Below are positions 40,427 through 50,652 of a stretch of 64,000 nucleotides of DNA, piece by piece (position 1 is the first letter of the stretch; each line of letters starts with the position of its first letter). Under the pieces are notes generated by a model. That model was given only the letters and a program-made list of their open reading frames with translations, was not told where the DNA came from and searched no databases. A program made the translations under genes and the position numbers. The stretch is from the NCBI GenBank assembly GCA_037925075.1, contig JAXSNR010000001.1, forward strand, positions 96,001 to 160,000. The letters run 5' to 3'. The DNA comes from Aquificaceae bacterium (lineage in GTDB: Bacteria > Aquificota > Aquificia > Aquificales > Aquificaceae).

Positions 40427-40706
40427 ATACTCCGCGATAGGACTTTGCCCTTAGTGCAATTTCCTAACCGTTCAAGAGTTTTTGAATGATTGGCATAAAG
40501 GTTTATGGGAGTTATGACTACCAAATTTCTAAAGGCATACATGCTAAAGTCAATAATGCCACAGCCCCCATTATTATCGCTTCCGCCAAGGCATGTGGAA
40601 CAACATGCACCTTACCTATAATACTCTCTTTCACTAACGCCAAGCCTCTTGACCTTATAACTTTAAAATACTAAATTAATCCAATAAAGCACCGGGGGAG
40701 TTAAAA

Positions 40707-41648
40707 ATGAAGTTGAAAAACTTCTTTCTATTTCTAATTTTAGCCACCATGCTTTTGAATTTAGCACCCTCTTATGCACAGCAAGATGTACCTGGAAGCA
40801 AAGACCATCCAATCATTTCAAGATATCCTGGTTCTTATATATATCAATACGACCAGAAAGAGTTTGATGAATTTGAGATTCTTTTGAGTTCCACAAAAAT
40901 GTATCAAGGTGAGGATTATGTAAAGCGGGCAAAAAGAGAAAGGATTGAGGGAAAGGTCACAAGGATTGGATATCAAGCACCTAAAAATAGAAGTGTACTT
41001 GAGGTTTTTAAGAACTATGAAGAGGCAATCAAAAGGGCAAATTTTGATATACTTTATTCCGCAAGTGGAAAGGACCTCTCTATTAATGATTTTCTCAATC
41101 GTTATTTTACATTCCGTCCCGGCTGGAGTGAAGGTAAAAGTTTTTACTTATCTGCAAAAGATAGAACAGGAAATGTAATAATTTCAGTATGTGTGTTGCC
41201 CGGGTGGGATGGCCCAGTTGTACTTTTAGGAATTGTTGAAAAAAAGAGAATGGAAACGGGACTTATCACAGCTAAGGATATATACGAAAGAATAAAAAGT
41301 GAGGGGAAAGTGGCAATATATGGAATATACTTTGATTTTAACAAGGCGGATATAAAACCTGAATCAAAACCAACCATTGAGGAGATAGCAAAGTTTTTAA
41401 AAGAGCATCTTGAGATAAAGCTATACGTTGCAGGACATACGGATAATATAGGGAAGCTTGAATACAATATGGAACTTTCTAAGAGAAGGGCTGAGGCGGT
41501 GGTTAAGGAACTGACAGAAAAGTACGGTATAGCGAAGGATAGATTAAAACCCTTTGGGGTTGGACCTCTTGCACCAGTTTCAACAAACAAAACAGAGGAA
41601 GGAAGAGCAAAAAATAGAAGAGTTGAACTTGTGGAGGCAGGAGAATGA
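40707..41648 (+). CDS. OmpA-family peptidoglycan-binding protein with DUF4892-like N-domain
   Basis: Signal peptide, DVPGSKDHP.ISRYPGS, GIYFDF, GHTD, LSKRRAEAV, NRRVE. Confidence 0.9.
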   Translation: MKLKNFFLFLILATMLLNLAPSYAQQDVPGSKDHPIISRYPGSYIYQYDQKEFDEFEILLSSTKMYQGEDYVKRAKRERIEGKVTRIGYQAPKNRSVLEVFKNYEEAIKRANFDILYSASGKDLSINDFLNRYFTFRPGWSEGKSFYLSAKDRTGNVIISVCVLPGWDGPVVLLGIVEKKRMETGLITAKDIYERIKSEGKVAIYGIYFDFNKADIKPESKPTIEEIAKFLKEHLEIKLYVAGHTDNIGKLEYNMELSKRRAEAVVKELTEKYGIAKDRLKPFGVGPLAPVSTNKTEEGRAKNRRVELVEAGE

Positions 41649-43150
41649 AAAGGTGGATGTTGATTATCTTATTTATACTTTTAATTCCTCTTTCAACCTA
41701 TGCCTTTGAGCTTATTCCTATAGCCCAGTTTAGAGGGGTTAGAGCTATTATTTTGAAAGAGGGTGTTGGTTATTACTATGAAAAAACAAGACCACCTACA
41801 GAAGATGAAGTGAAGAAGAGGCTTGAATGGTTTGAGCAAGAATGGGAAAAATTGAAGGAAAAAGAGCCAGAGTTTGAAAAGGCACTTTCAGAAGGGGAAA
41901 AAAAGTTTAAAGAAGAGCTATCAAAGAGAAAACCACCTACATTTCTTAGGGACTTTTTCATGTCCGTTTTTCCACTGTTTAGACTTATAGCAAAAGAAGG
42001 TATGAAAATGGCAGAACCACTTGCCAAGAATTATTTTACAAAAGCACCAGTTGTGGTTGAGGCAGGGTTTGTGATTAAAAGGTTTGATGGCTCTTCTTAC
42101 AATTTAAAAATAGATTTTCATGAAGAGGAATGGAAGAGAATGCCCTCCGAAGGAATTTATCCTATTTCCTCCTCAGATGGAAGGTATTTGGCTTTAATGA
42201 CTGAGAGCGATTTTGGAAGGATAAGGGTTTTTAGAATAGAAAAAGAAAAGCTTGAACCCATTTTTGAGGTAGTTGGCTCAACACCCTTTGCCTTTTCTCC
42301 AAATGGAGAATACTTTTCCTATGCATCACCAAACAGATCACACATGCTTGTAGTAGACAAAGAAGGTAATCCTATAAGAAATATCCCTATAAGCTATAAA
42401 ATAGCAGGAAAAAAGGAAGATATAGGACCTATCAGAATAGCTCTTAGTGAAAGCTATCTTGGAATTGTGAGCTGGATTGGGATAAAACGTGTTGACCTAA
42501 AAAGTGGTGAAGAAAAAGAAGTTCGCCTTAGGGGTGGAAAATCCATTGTGTTTAATAGAACTGGAGACAGAATATATGCAAACAGTGTTGGCGGTGAAGT
42601 GTTTATCTATGACCTAAAAAGCTTAAACCTTATAAAAAAGTTGGACCCTTTCTATCTTAGAAAACGTGGGGTTTATATACAATACATAGCTTCCATTTCA
42701 CCTGAGGAGAGATTTATAGCGGTATTGTATGATCCCTCAAGCTATGATGATAAAGCGCCTCTTGAAACAAGCACCCTTTTAATTTATGACTTAGAAAGTG
42801 ATAGAGTGATAAAAAGGGTTGAGAATTTAGAAAGTATAACTGGTGGTTTTGGAGGTGTCTTTTTACCAGTTTCTTTTACAGAGGATTGGAGTTATGTATT
42901 GCTATCAAGAAAAGGAAACGTGGTTGAGCTTTATAAAATTAAAGGGGATTATGTAAAATCCGGAAAAAAGTTTTGTCAAAGTGATTCCGATTGTGTCTGT
43001 GGAATTGATAAAGAAACAGGAGAGTGTGCCTTTGGGAATAAGGAATTTATTGATACTTCTAAACAATGTCCAGATTTTTGCACTGGTATTCATGGAGGAT
43101 TCCGGATAAGATGTGTTTATAACCTTTGCAGACCAGTGCTTATTAAATAA
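41645..43150 (+). CDS. secreted beta-propeller-like protein with C-terminal 8-Cys domain
   Basis: Signal peptide; SSDGRYLA / FSPNGEY / ISPEERFIA repeats; terminal Cys-rich module. Confidence 0.7.
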   Translation: MKRWMLIILFILLIPLSTYAFELIPIAQFRGVRAIILKEGVGYYYEKTRPPTEDEVKKRLEWFEQEWEKLKEKEPEFEKALSEGEKKFKEELSKRKPPTFLRDFFMSVFPLFRLIAKEGMKMAEPLAKNYFTKAPVVVEAGFVIKRFDGSSYNLKIDFHEEEWKRMPSEGIYPISSSDGRYLALMTESDFGRIRVFRIEKEKLEPIFEVVGSTPFAFSPNGEYFSYASPNRSHMLVVDKEGNPIRNIPISYKIAGKKEDIGPIRIALSESYLGIVSWIGIKRVDLKSGEEKEVRLRGGKSIVFNRTGDRIYANSVGGEVFIYDLKSLNLIKKLDPFYLRKRGVYIQYIASISPEERFIAVLYDPSSYDDKAPLETSTLLIYDLESDRVIKRVENLESITGGFGGVFLPVSFTEDWSYVLLSRKGNVVELYKIKGDYVKSGKKFCQSDSDCVCGIDKETGECAFGNKEFIDTSKQCPDFCTGIHGGFRIRCVYNLCRPVLIK

Positions 43151-43167
43151 ATAAAGGGGAGTTGAAG

Positions 43168-43473
43168 ATGGAAGAGAAGAAGGTAAATCCTATAGCGGTT
43201 CTGTGTTATGTGGGGATCCTTGTTTTGATCCCTCTTTTAGTGGAAAAGGAAGACGAATTTGTAAGGTTTCATGTAAGACAGGGATTAGTCCTGTTCATTT
43301 GTGAGGTGGCTACCATGCTAATTGGTTGGTTTCCTATAATCGGTTGGTTAATAAGCTTTATAGGTTTCTTCATTTGGATAATCCTTAGCCTTATTGGGAT
43401 TATAAATGTACTAACTGGCAAGACCAAACCATTGCCTTTAATTGGAGGGTACGCCCAAAAGTTTAAAATTTAA
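43168..43473 (+). CDS. DUF4870-like small membrane protein
   Basis: [19 protein letters not shown]; start could be TTG at 43162. Confidence 0.8.
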   Translation: MEEKKVNPIAVLCYVGILVLIPLLVEKEDEFVRFHVRQGLVLFICEVATMLIGWFPIIGWLISFIGFFIWIILSLIGIINVLTGKTKPLPLIGGYAQKFKI

Positions 43474-43477
43474 ATTC

Positions 43478-45010
43478 ATGCGTGAGGTAATCTTTGAAAA
43501 GGGCATAAGGCACACCGCCCACGGGCTAAACTTCTATATGACCTACTTTGACGATGTGGCAAAGGTTCTACCAAGAGAAGCCTACTGCTTTATTGTGGGT
43601 GGGTGGGTAAGGGATAGGATTTTGGGTGAGCCTGTGGGCTATCACATAGATGTGGACCTTTTGGTGACCTGCGACCCAAGAGAGGTGGCAAAAAGGCTTG
43701 CGGAAAGGATAGGGGGCTCTTACTTTGAGTTTGAAAAGAAGGGGCTTTTTATAAAAAGACCCACAATAGCAACAGTGGTCCTAAGGCTTGGTCCTTACAA
43801 ATACCGCTTTGACTTTGCCCAGATAAAGGGAAGAGACTTAGAAAAGGCTTTGGTGGAAGACCTACTTTCAAGGGATTTTACCGCCAACGCCATGGCGGTA
43901 AGCATAGATGACGTGCTTAGCATAGGTGCAAAGCAAACCTTGATATACGACCCAGCACACGGAGTGGAGGACTTGGAGCAGGGGCTTTTGAGACCCGTAT
44001 CTTTGAAAAACCTTGAGGAAGACCCTGTGAGAATACTCAGGGGCTTTCGCCTTGCGGTGGAAAAAAGGCTTGAGCTTACAGAAGACTTTTATGAGTTTGT
44101 AAGGGAAAAGGGGAGCCTTATAAGGAAGGCTCCACCTGAAAGGATTACCCTTGAGCTTTTTAAGGTCTTGAGACAGCCAGAAGGCTATAAGGTTCTAAAA
44201 AAGTTATACCAGTATGGGCTTTTACAGGTGCTTTTCCCAGACACCGCCCGATGGAAGGAGATAAAAGACCAGGGAGAGCATCACATCTACCCTTTAGAGG
44301 AGCATGTTTTTAAGGTCTTGGAAGCTCTTGAGAAGGTAATCCAAGAAAGGGACAGATACCTACCTGCGGAACTTCTGGAAAACTTTGGTAAGACGGAAGT
44401 GCACGGTGAATTCTCCGATGTGGAGCTTTTGAAACTTTCCGCACTCTTTCACGATATAGCCAAACCTCACACCTTTGAGATAAGGGAAAACAAGATAACC
44501 TTTTACAACCACGATAAGCTCGGTGCTGAACTGGTAAGAGGTTATGGGAAGGCTTACAAGTGGGGTGAGACCGCCACGGAGTTTATAGCAAAGCTTGTAA
44601 GGGAACACCTAAGACCCTTTTATCTTAGAGAGTCCCTCTTCAAAGGACAGCTTACAGACAGGGGTAGGGCAAACTTTTGGAGGGAATGCGGAGATATAGC
44701 ACCTTATCTTTTCTTGCATGCCATGGCGGATGCCATAGGTAGCGGTGATGAGGAGGTGGAGATAAAAAGACTTCTTGAGACCATCCATGATCTGATAAGC
44801 TTCAAAAGGGAAAAACTTTCAAAGGTGCCTATGAAGGCTTTACTTGATGGGAAGGAGATAATGCAAGCTCTTGGCTTAAATCAGGGTCCTATTGTGGGAA
44901 GGATAAAAAAAGCATTAGAAGAAGCCCAGCTTGAAGGCAAGGTAAAAACCAAGGAAGAAGCCCTTGAGTTTATCAAATCTTACTACGAAAGCCTGAAAGA
45001 ACAAGCATAG
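43478..45010 (+). CDS. class II tRNA nucleotidyltransferase, CC-adding enzyme type, with HD domain
   Basis: VGGWVRD, DVD, RDFTANA, DPVRILR, HDIAKP; closely resembles the ~510-aa Aquifex CC-adding enzyme (from memory). Confidence 0.88.
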   Translation: MREVIFEKGIRHTAHGLNFYMTYFDDVAKVLPREAYCFIVGGWVRDRILGEPVGYHIDVDLLVTCDPREVAKRLAERIGGSYFEFEKKGLFIKRPTIATVVLRLGPYKYRFDFAQIKGRDLEKALVEDLLSRDFTANAMAVSIDDVLSIGAKQTLIYDPAHGVEDLEQGLLRPVSLKNLEEDPVRILRGFRLAVEKRLELTEDFYEFVREKGSLIRKAPPERITLELFKVLRQPEGYKVLKKLYQYGLLQVLFPDTARWKEIKDQGEHHIYPLEEHVFKVLEALEKVIQERDRYLPAELLENFGKTEVHGEFSDVELLKLSALFHDIAKPHTFEIRENKITFYNHDKLGAELVRGYGKAYKWGETATEFIAKLVREHLRPFYLRESLFKGQLTDRGRANFWRECGDIAPYLFLHAMADAIGSGDEEVEIKRLLETIHDLISFKREKLSKVPMKALLDGKEIMQALGLNQGPIVGRIKKALEEAQLEGKVKTKEEALEFIKSYYESLKEQA

Positions 45011-45653
45011 CCCTGTGTATAAGAAGGGGATCATATAGACCTAACTCTTCAAAAAGCCACCCGTCGCCACCTGTGATAAGGAGCTTTAGGTCTTTTTTGT
45101 ATATATCACTCCAAGTTTTTAAACAGCCCATCAAAAAGTGTAAAGCTTGATTTATAAAGCCACCAAGGATGGCACCTTTTGTATCTTTACCTATCTGTAC
45201 AGAAAGCTTTTGAAGTTTGAGCTTTGGTATAAGTTCAGCTTTTTGCGACAGGCATTCAAGCCCAGCACCCACACCAAGGGTTATAAAACCACCTTGAAAC
45301 ACACCATTCACCACAAGGTCTATAACCGTCGCTGTGCCAAAGCTTGCCACCACCACATCCTTGTAGTAGAGCTTAACCGCACCGTAAAGGTTCAAAAGCC
45401 TGTCTATGCCCACTTTTTCCTTTCCTTCAAAGGCGGTCTCAATAGGCACATCTTCAGCCCTTATAAACCTTGCATGGGGGTATTTTTCTTTTATAAGGTG
45501 GTTGGCGGAAGGTTTAACAGAGGACACAAGCACAAGGTCTGCCTTCAAAAGGGGGATCTCATAGTGTTTGAACTTGCCAATGTACTCCAAAGAGCCATCA
45601 AAAAGGCATACATCTACCGATGTGTTGCCCACATCAAGGGTGATAACTTTCAC
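44973..45653 (-). CDS. coaX: type III pantothenate kinase
   Basis: [30 protein letters not shown] start at 45653 preferred. Confidence 0.9.
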   Translation of the reverse strand: MKVITLDVGNTSVDVCLFDGSLEYIGKFKHYEIPLLKADLVLVSSVKPSANHLIKEKYPHARFIRAEDVPIETAFEGKEKVGIDRLLNLYGAVKLYYKDVVVASFGTATVIDLVVNGVFQGGFITLGVGAGLECLSQKAELIPKLKLQKLSVQIGKDTKGAILGGFINQALHFLMGCLKTWSDIYKKDLKLLITGGDGWLFEELGLYDPLLIHRAMLVLSGFRSKI

Positions 45654-46533
45654 ACCTTGCACCCTCTTTGGAAGCATCAAGCACCATGTACTTTGAGCTT
45701 ATGCCACATGTTTTGAAGGCTTCCACCATGGCTAAACCCACATCCTCCGCACCATGAGGGCAAAGGCTTGCCACAGAAGGTCCCGCACCACTTAGGAACA
45801 CCGCAACCGCACCCTTTTGGTAGGCACCTTCCACCACCTTCCAAAAGCCCGGCACAAGCTCAGCCCTGTAAGGTTGGTGAAGCCTGTCCTTTACCGCCTC
45901 CTTCAAAAGGTCAAACCTCCTTGAAAGCAAAGCACCCACAAAAAGGGCAGACCTCTGAAGGTTATAAACCGCATCCTTGAGGGAAACCTCTTTTTTTAGC
46001 ACCTCCCTTGCCTTTTGGGTGGAAAGCTCAAAGTCTGGCACGCATACCACCACCCTAAGCTCCTCAGGAAAGTCAAGCCTAAGAAACTTCACATTTTCTT
46101 TAGAGCCTGCACAGATAACAAAGCCACCAAGAAGGGCGGGAAGAAGGTTATCGGGATGAGGTTCAAACTCAAAGGCAATCCTTAGCTTATCCTCAAGGCT
46201 CAAGCTCATGCCATAAAGAGCCTCAAAGGCAAGCAAACCACCCACTATGGCGGTCGCAGAAGAGCCAAGACCTCTACCTGTGGGCACTCTGTTTATCTGT
46301 CTCAGACTTATGGGCTTTTCTGGAACCTTCAAAAGCTCACAGGCTCTTTTATAGACTTTTATGAGAAGGTTCTCTTCGTTTTGTGGAAGGTGGGCACCCT
46401 CACCTTCTATCTCTACTCTATAAGTGCTGGAAAACTCCACAAAAAAGTCGTTATAAAGACTTAGGGCAAGCCCAAAGGCATCAAAGCCAGAACCAAAGTT
46501 GCTGGTGCTTGCAGGAACAGATATGCGAAACAT
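45634..46533 (-). CDS. thrB: homoserine kinase
   Basis: PASTSNFGSGFD, PTGRGLGSSA, HPDN, LSGAGPS. Confidence 0.96.
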   Translation of the reverse strand: MFRISVPASTSNFGSGFDAFGLALSLYNDFFVEFSSTYRVEIEGEGAHLPQNEENLLIKVYKRACELLKVPEKPISLRQINRVPTGRGLGSSATAIVGGLLAFEALYGMSLSLEDKLRIAFEFEPHPDNLLPALLGGFVICAGSKENVKFLRLDFPEELRVVVCVPDFELSTQKAREVLKKEVSLKDAVYNLQRSALFVGALLSRRFDLLKEAVKDRLHQPYRAELVPGFWKVVEGAYQKGAVAVFLSGAGPSVASLCPHGAEDVGLAMVEAFKTCGISSKYMVLDASKEGARCESYHP

Positions 46534-46548
46534 GGGAAAAAATTATAG

Positions 46549-46581
46549 CTTAATCAAATCTTAACAATTCACCTATACAAT
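46549..46581 (+). promoter_or_regulatory. Pho-box-type promoter of the P-type ATPase operon
   Basis: CTTAAT-caaat-CTTAAC, 10 bp, TACAAT; flanks nearly identical to the pstS promoter. Confidence 0.7.
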
Positions 46582-46590
46582 TCATAAGGG

Positions 46591-46965
46591 ATGATAGAGC
46601 ATGTGTCCTTAAGAAAAGGTGAGGCAAGGCTCTACTTTTCAAGCATTGCGGAAAAGGAGTTTTTTCTTCATGGTATGAAAGGGATGGAGGGGGTTGTGGG
46701 GGTGGAACACAAGGAGAACATAAGAACAGTCCTTGTAAGGTTTAGGGAGGGAAGCTTTGCTCACTACCTTATTGAAAACTTAAAGGCTAAGAGGGAAAGT
46801 CAGAAGCTGGAGAAGGAGGACTTACACTTCTACCTTCAGCCTTTTCTCAAACATCCGGCGGTTAAGTTGGGCTTTAGTATGGCTCTCCTTGGGTGGAATG
46901 TGGGGCTTATATCCTTTGCAATTTGCAGTATGTTTCTTATGCCATATTTAAAGAACAAACTTTAG
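46591..46965 (+). CDS. hypothetical protein, HMA-like N-domain plus C-terminal hydrophobic segment
   Basis: G.ARL...GVVGV....RTVLV pattern similar to the N-domain of the downstream ATPase. Confidence 0.6.
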   Translation: MIEHVSLRKGEARLYFSSIAEKEFFLHGMKGMEGVVGVEHKENIRTVLVRFREGSFAHYLIENLKAKRESQKLEKEDLHFYLQPFLKHPAVKLGFSMALLGWNVGLISFAICSMFLMPYLKNKL

Positions 46966-46975
46966 GAGGTAAGGT

Positions 46976-47290
46976 ATGCTTAACATCAGCGTTCCCAGTA
47001 CAATAGGTGGATGTTTGTCCACCAATATGCTTTTGTATGGCTTTGGTGCCTTTGCAGGGTTTGTGGTGCTTAGCAGGCTTATGAGGGATGCAAGGCCCCT
47101 TCTTGTTTCTGCTACAAAGGAGGTAATTGCCTTTCAGCAGTGGCTTGCGGGAAACCTTGAAGAAGGTAAGGAGTTCTGGGAGGATGTGGTCTCTGAAGCC
47201 AAGCACCAATACAGGCTTGAGGTGGAAAAGAAGTTGGATATCCTACAAAAACAGCAAGAAATCCTACAGAAAATAAAAGAAAGACTTTGA
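46976..47290 (+). CDS. small membrane-anchored coiled-coil protein (DUF5132/DUF1490-like ATPase partner)
   Basis: GGAGG SD; Gly-rich hydrophobic anchor, ARPLLV.A.K, E.WEDVVSEAK. Confidence 0.65.
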   Translation: MLNISVPSTIGGCLSTNMLLYGFGAFAGFVVLSRLMRDARPLLVSATKEVIAFQQWLAGNLEEGKEFWEDVVSEAKHQYRLEVEKKLDILQKQQEILQKIKERL

Positions 47291-47301
47291 GGAGGTAAAA
47301 G

Positions 47302-47505
47302 ATGAGCAACATAACTTCTTTTTTAGGAAAGGCTCTTTGCTCTGGACCCTTTAGCTTTGCCCTTGGCTTTGGCCTTGGAATGGTTGCCTTTTACATGCTC
47401 GACAGAGTCAAAGAAAAAAGAAGGCTCGAAGAAACCCAGAAGGAAATAGAAGCCCTGGTCAAAGCCCTTGAGCTAAAGCTCCAGCAGGAGAGCAAGACAG
47501 AATGA
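47302..47505 (+). CDS. small membrane-anchored protein
   Basis: GGAGG SD; FALGFGLG anchor plus charged helix; stop overlaps the ATPase start. Confidence 0.65.
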   Translation: MSNITSFLGKALCSGPFSFALGFGLGMVAFYMLDRVKEKRRLEETQKEIEALVKALELKLQQESKTE

Positions 47506-49586
47506 CCTACAAGGTGGAAAAACTCTTCCCCGGAAGGCTAAGGCTTGTCTCTTACCTTTTCCAGCATCTACACCATCCCGATGAAACCTTAAAGTCCTAC
47601 TTTTCAAGGTTTGGAGGTGTAAGAAGAATAAGCTACTCAAAGGCTTCCGGAAGGCTCACCCTTGAATACGACCCAAAGAGCTTTGACCTTATAGAATTTC
47701 TCAACCACCTTGAAAGCATACCAAGGGATGTTTTCCTTGAAGACCTATCAAGGGAAAAACCAGCCACAAAAAGGGAAGAAGGTAAGGCCTCTCGTTGGCT
47801 TATGCTTAGCACCCTTGGCTTCCTGCCATACATAATGAGAAGCACCCTATCCACGCCTTTCCTTGCGGGGATAACATTGCTTCTTGCCAAGCCCATATTT
47901 GACAAGGCTCTCAGTTCTATTGGAAGGAAAAAACTTGACGTTCATTTTCTTGACTCATCAGCCATAGTTCTGGCAAGCCTTACGGGAAACCCACTATCCG
48001 CACACACTATGGTCTTCCTGCTTGCCCTTGGTGATTATCTTTCAGAGAGGGTTGAAAGGAAAGCCTACGAGAAGATAGAAAAGCTTTTCTCTTACAAAGA
48101 GGACACCGCATGGCTACTTGTTGGCAACGGTCAGGCGGTAAAGGTAAAAGCCATAGACCTAAAAAGGGGTGACCTGATAGCGGTCTATGCGGGAGAGAAG
48201 ATACCGGCGGACGGCTTGGTAGAAGAGGGAGACGCCCTTGTAAATCAAGCATCTTTGACTGGAGAGTCAAACCCTGTTCACAAAAAGGTGGGTGATAAGG
48301 TCTTTGCGGGTACCTTTGTGGAGGATGGAAAGCTTTATGTGAAGGTGGAAGAAGTGGGCGAAGAAACGGTGGTTGCAAAGATAGCAAAAATTGTGGAAGA
48401 GAGTATAAAGGAGCCCATAAGCGTGCAGAAGATGGCAGAAGAAAACGCCAACAGGCTTGTAATGCCCACCATCAACCTTGGCTTGATATCTTATCTACTT
48501 AGCAATCAGGTAAGCAGGCTCACCTCCACCCTTATCATAGACTACCATACGGGAATTCACCTTACAACGCCTCTGACGGTGCTCTCCAGTGTGGCACAGG
48601 CTTCTACCTACGGCATACTCATAAAAAGCGGTGGAAAGCTGGAGGCTCTTTCAAGAGTTGATACCTTTGTAATGGACAAGACGGGCACTTTGACTTTGGG
48701 GTATCCTGCGGTTGAAGATGTAGTAGGTCTGGAAGTGCCAGACGAAGAAGCCCTTTTATACGCCGCTTCCCTTGAGCAAAGAATAACCCATCCCGTAGCA
48801 AGGGCAATAGTAAAGATGGCAGAGGATAAAGATATAGAGCTTTTGCCAAGAGAGAACTCCCAGTATCATATAGGGCTTGGTATAGAAGGGGAGTTAAGCG
48901 GTACAAAATTCATGCTTGGAAGCACTCGCTTTATGCAAAAAAAGAGGATAAGGATAAGTCAAGAGGTAAGAGACCTTGTGGAGAAGTTCCATTCGGAAGC
49001 AAAATCTGTCCTTTACCTTGTTAGAGAAAAGAGAATAGTGGGGCTTCTTACCTTTAGAGACCCACTGAGGCAAGAGGCAAAGGATGTGGTAGCAGAGCTA
49101 AAAAGGAGAGGAAAAAAGGTAGTGCTTTGCACAGGCGACAACGAAGGCGTAGCCAAGTACATGGCAAAGGAGTTGGGCATAGAAGAGTTTTACGCAAGGG
49201 TTTTCCCTGAGGAAAAGGCAAAGGTGATAGAAAATCTTAAAAGGCAGGGTAGGGTGGTTGCCTTTGTGGGGGATGGTGTAAACGATTCACCAGCTCTCTC
49301 TCGTGCGGATGTGGGCATATCTCTAAGAAGTGGAACAGACATAGCCATAGAGGTGGCGGATGTGGTCATAGGAGATAGCCTTTGGCATCTTATCGATGTG
49401 GTAGATATAGCAGAGCATACTATAAAAAGGCTAAGAAGCATATACAGGCTTAATGCTTTAGCCAACACGGTGGGGCTTGTGGGCTCCGCATTGGGTCTTT
49501 TTGGACCCTCTGTATCAACCTTGATAAACAACGGCACCACAGTGCTTTTGGGTTTATATTCAATAAAAAAAACAAAAAGGAGGTGA
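47502..49586 (+). CDS. P1B-type ATPase with non-canonical transmembrane site (DYHTG)
   Basis: TGES, DKTGT, THP, TGD, GDGVND; PGRLRL HMA_2-like N-domain; no CPC. Confidence 0.9.
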   Translation: MTYKVEKLFPGRLRLVSYLFQHLHHPDETLKSYFSRFGGVRRISYSKASGRLTLEYDPKSFDLIEFLNHLESIPRDVFLEDLSREKPATKREEGKASRWLMLSTLGFLPYIMRSTLSTPFLAGITLLLAKPIFDKALSSIGRKKLDVHFLDSSAIVLASLTGNPLSAHTMVFLLALGDYLSERVERKAYEKIEKLFSYKEDTAWLLVGNGQAVKVKAIDLKRGDLIAVYAGEKIPADGLVEEGDALVNQASLTGESNPVHKKVGDKVFAGTFVEDGKLYVKVEEVGEETVVAKIAKIVEESIKEPISVQKMAEENANRLVMPTINLGLISYLLSNQVSRLTSTLIIDYHTGIHLTTPLTVLSSVAQASTYGILIKSGGKLEALSRVDTFVMDKTGTLTLGYPAVEDVVGLEVPDEEALLYAASLEQRITHPVARAIVKMAEDKDIELLPRENSQYHIGLGIEGELSGTKFMLGSTRFMQKKRIRISQEVRDLVEKFHSEAKSVLYLVREKRIVGLLTFRDPLRQEAKDVVAELKRRGKKVVLCTGDNEGVAKYMAKELGIEEFYARVFPEEKAKVIENLKRQGRVVAFVGDGVNDSPALSRADVGISLRSGTDIAIEVADVVIGDSLWHLIDVVDIAEHTIKRLRSIYRLNALANTVGLVGSALGLFGPSVSTLINNGTTVLLGLYSIKKTKRR

Positions 49587-49592
49587 AAAGCA

Positions 49593-49862
49593 ATGGAAGA
49601 AAAAAAGGACCTTGCTCAGGAGCTTGAAAAAATCAAGGCGGAGCTTGAGGAGCTTAAGAAAAAGATGGGAGTAGCGGAAGAGGAAAAGAGTCTAAAGGAC
49701 CTTCCTACGGAAGCCCTCTCAAAGGTTATGGAGCTCAGTAAAGAAATAGTAAAGACCACCGCGGAGATAGGCGAGAAGGCTCTAAGGGTTGTAAGGTATT
49801 CCGTTGAGGGTGCGGTAGAAGGCGCAAAGAAGGCACTAAAAGAAGAGGAGAAGAAAGAGTAA
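49593..49862 (+). CDS. hypothetical amphipathic helical (phasin-like) protein
   Basis: GGAGG SD; E/K/A-rich helices. Confidence 0.65.
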   Translation: MEEKKDLAQELEKIKAELEELKKKMGVAEEEKSLKDLPTEALSKVMELSKEIVKTTAEIGEKALRVVRYSVEGAVEGAKKALKEEEKKE

Positions 49863-49864
49863 GG

Positions 49865-50122
49865 ATGAACTTCATAAGGACAAGAAGCGGAAGGTATCTT
49901 AATACTCTCCATATTATATCCCTTTCGGTGGAGGAAGCTAAGATAGAGATAGAGGGGAAAAAGAGGCTGGTTTATAAGGTGGTCGCCTACATGAGCCAGC
50001 CTCTTCTTCCTGCGGTTTTGGGTATTTACTCCACAGAAGAAAGAGCCTTTGAAGTTTTGGAAGATATTATACAAAGGCTTTCAAGGGACGAAAGGGTCAT
50101 ACATGTTGAAAGCGAGTACTGA
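49865..50122 (+). CDS. hypothetical protein
   Basis: 85-aa ORF tightly coupled in the operon. Confidence 0.6.
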   Translation: MNFIRTRSGRYLNTLHIISLSVEEAKIEIEGKKRLVYKVVAYMSQPLLPAVLGIYSTEERAFEVLEDIIQRLSRDERVIHVESEY

Positions 50123-50441
50123 AGACTACGAAAGAGAACTAAAGCTACTTGCCCATCATATACAGGAAGCACATAAGGAGCTTTTTAAAAGCATACAAGA
50201 GAACATTCTTCTTGAGGTAGAGCTTCCCGAGGGAGGGGGAGTTAATTTCCTAATAAGCTCCAGTGGCATAAATCTCACCTCCGATGTATCACAAGCCAAA
50301 CACGTGGTAAATGTAAGCTACAGAGATTTAATGAGGCTTGTGGAAAATCCCTCAAAGATAGTTTCTTATGTATTAAAGGGTAGGGTCAGAATAAGGGGAG
50401 ATTACAAAACCATACTCTCCACGCTTCAGAAACTCCTCTAA
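50103..50441 (+). CDS. SCP2 (sterol carrier protein 2)-like lipid-binding protein
   Basis: C-terminal V.VSYRDLMRL...P...VLKGRVRIRGD..L..LQKLL resembles the SCP2 signature; ATG 50103 preferred. Confidence 0.65.
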   Translation: MLKASTEDYERELKLLAHHIQEAHKELFKSIQENILLEVELPEGGGVNFLISSSGINLTSDVSQAKHVVNVSYRDLMRLVENPSKIVSYVLKGRVRIRGDYKTILSTLQKLL

Positions 50442-50644
50442 AAGAGCCTGTTTAGAGCTTTTGTTATAAGGTTTTCCAACAAACCACCCACTACGAAGGA
50501 TTCTATAAGTATAGTCCTGTCCTTTTCGGTGAGAAAAGTGTCCCTTTCGCGTTTTCTGAACTTTTCACCCTTTTTAAGAAGTCTTCTATAACAGTCCTTC
50601 TCCCTCTCTATCTCCTGAATTAGAAGCTCTATCCTTTCCTTCAT
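50438..50644 (-). CDS. 68-aa hypothetical protein with its own Pho-type promoter
   Basis: ORF starts 8 nt after the -10 of the 50653-50685 promoter. Confidence 0.6.
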   Translation of the reverse strand: MKERIELLIQEIEREKDCYRRLLKKGEKFRKRERDTFLTEKDRTILIESFVVGGLLENLITKALNRLF

Positions 50645-50652
50645 GCTTGGGT

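Noticed and set aside
40486..40674. 62-aa ORF (+) and an interrupted minus-strand frame (KRLGVSEREYYR*...)
   Set aside because: No SD and no recognisable family; possibly debris at the island edge but unsupported
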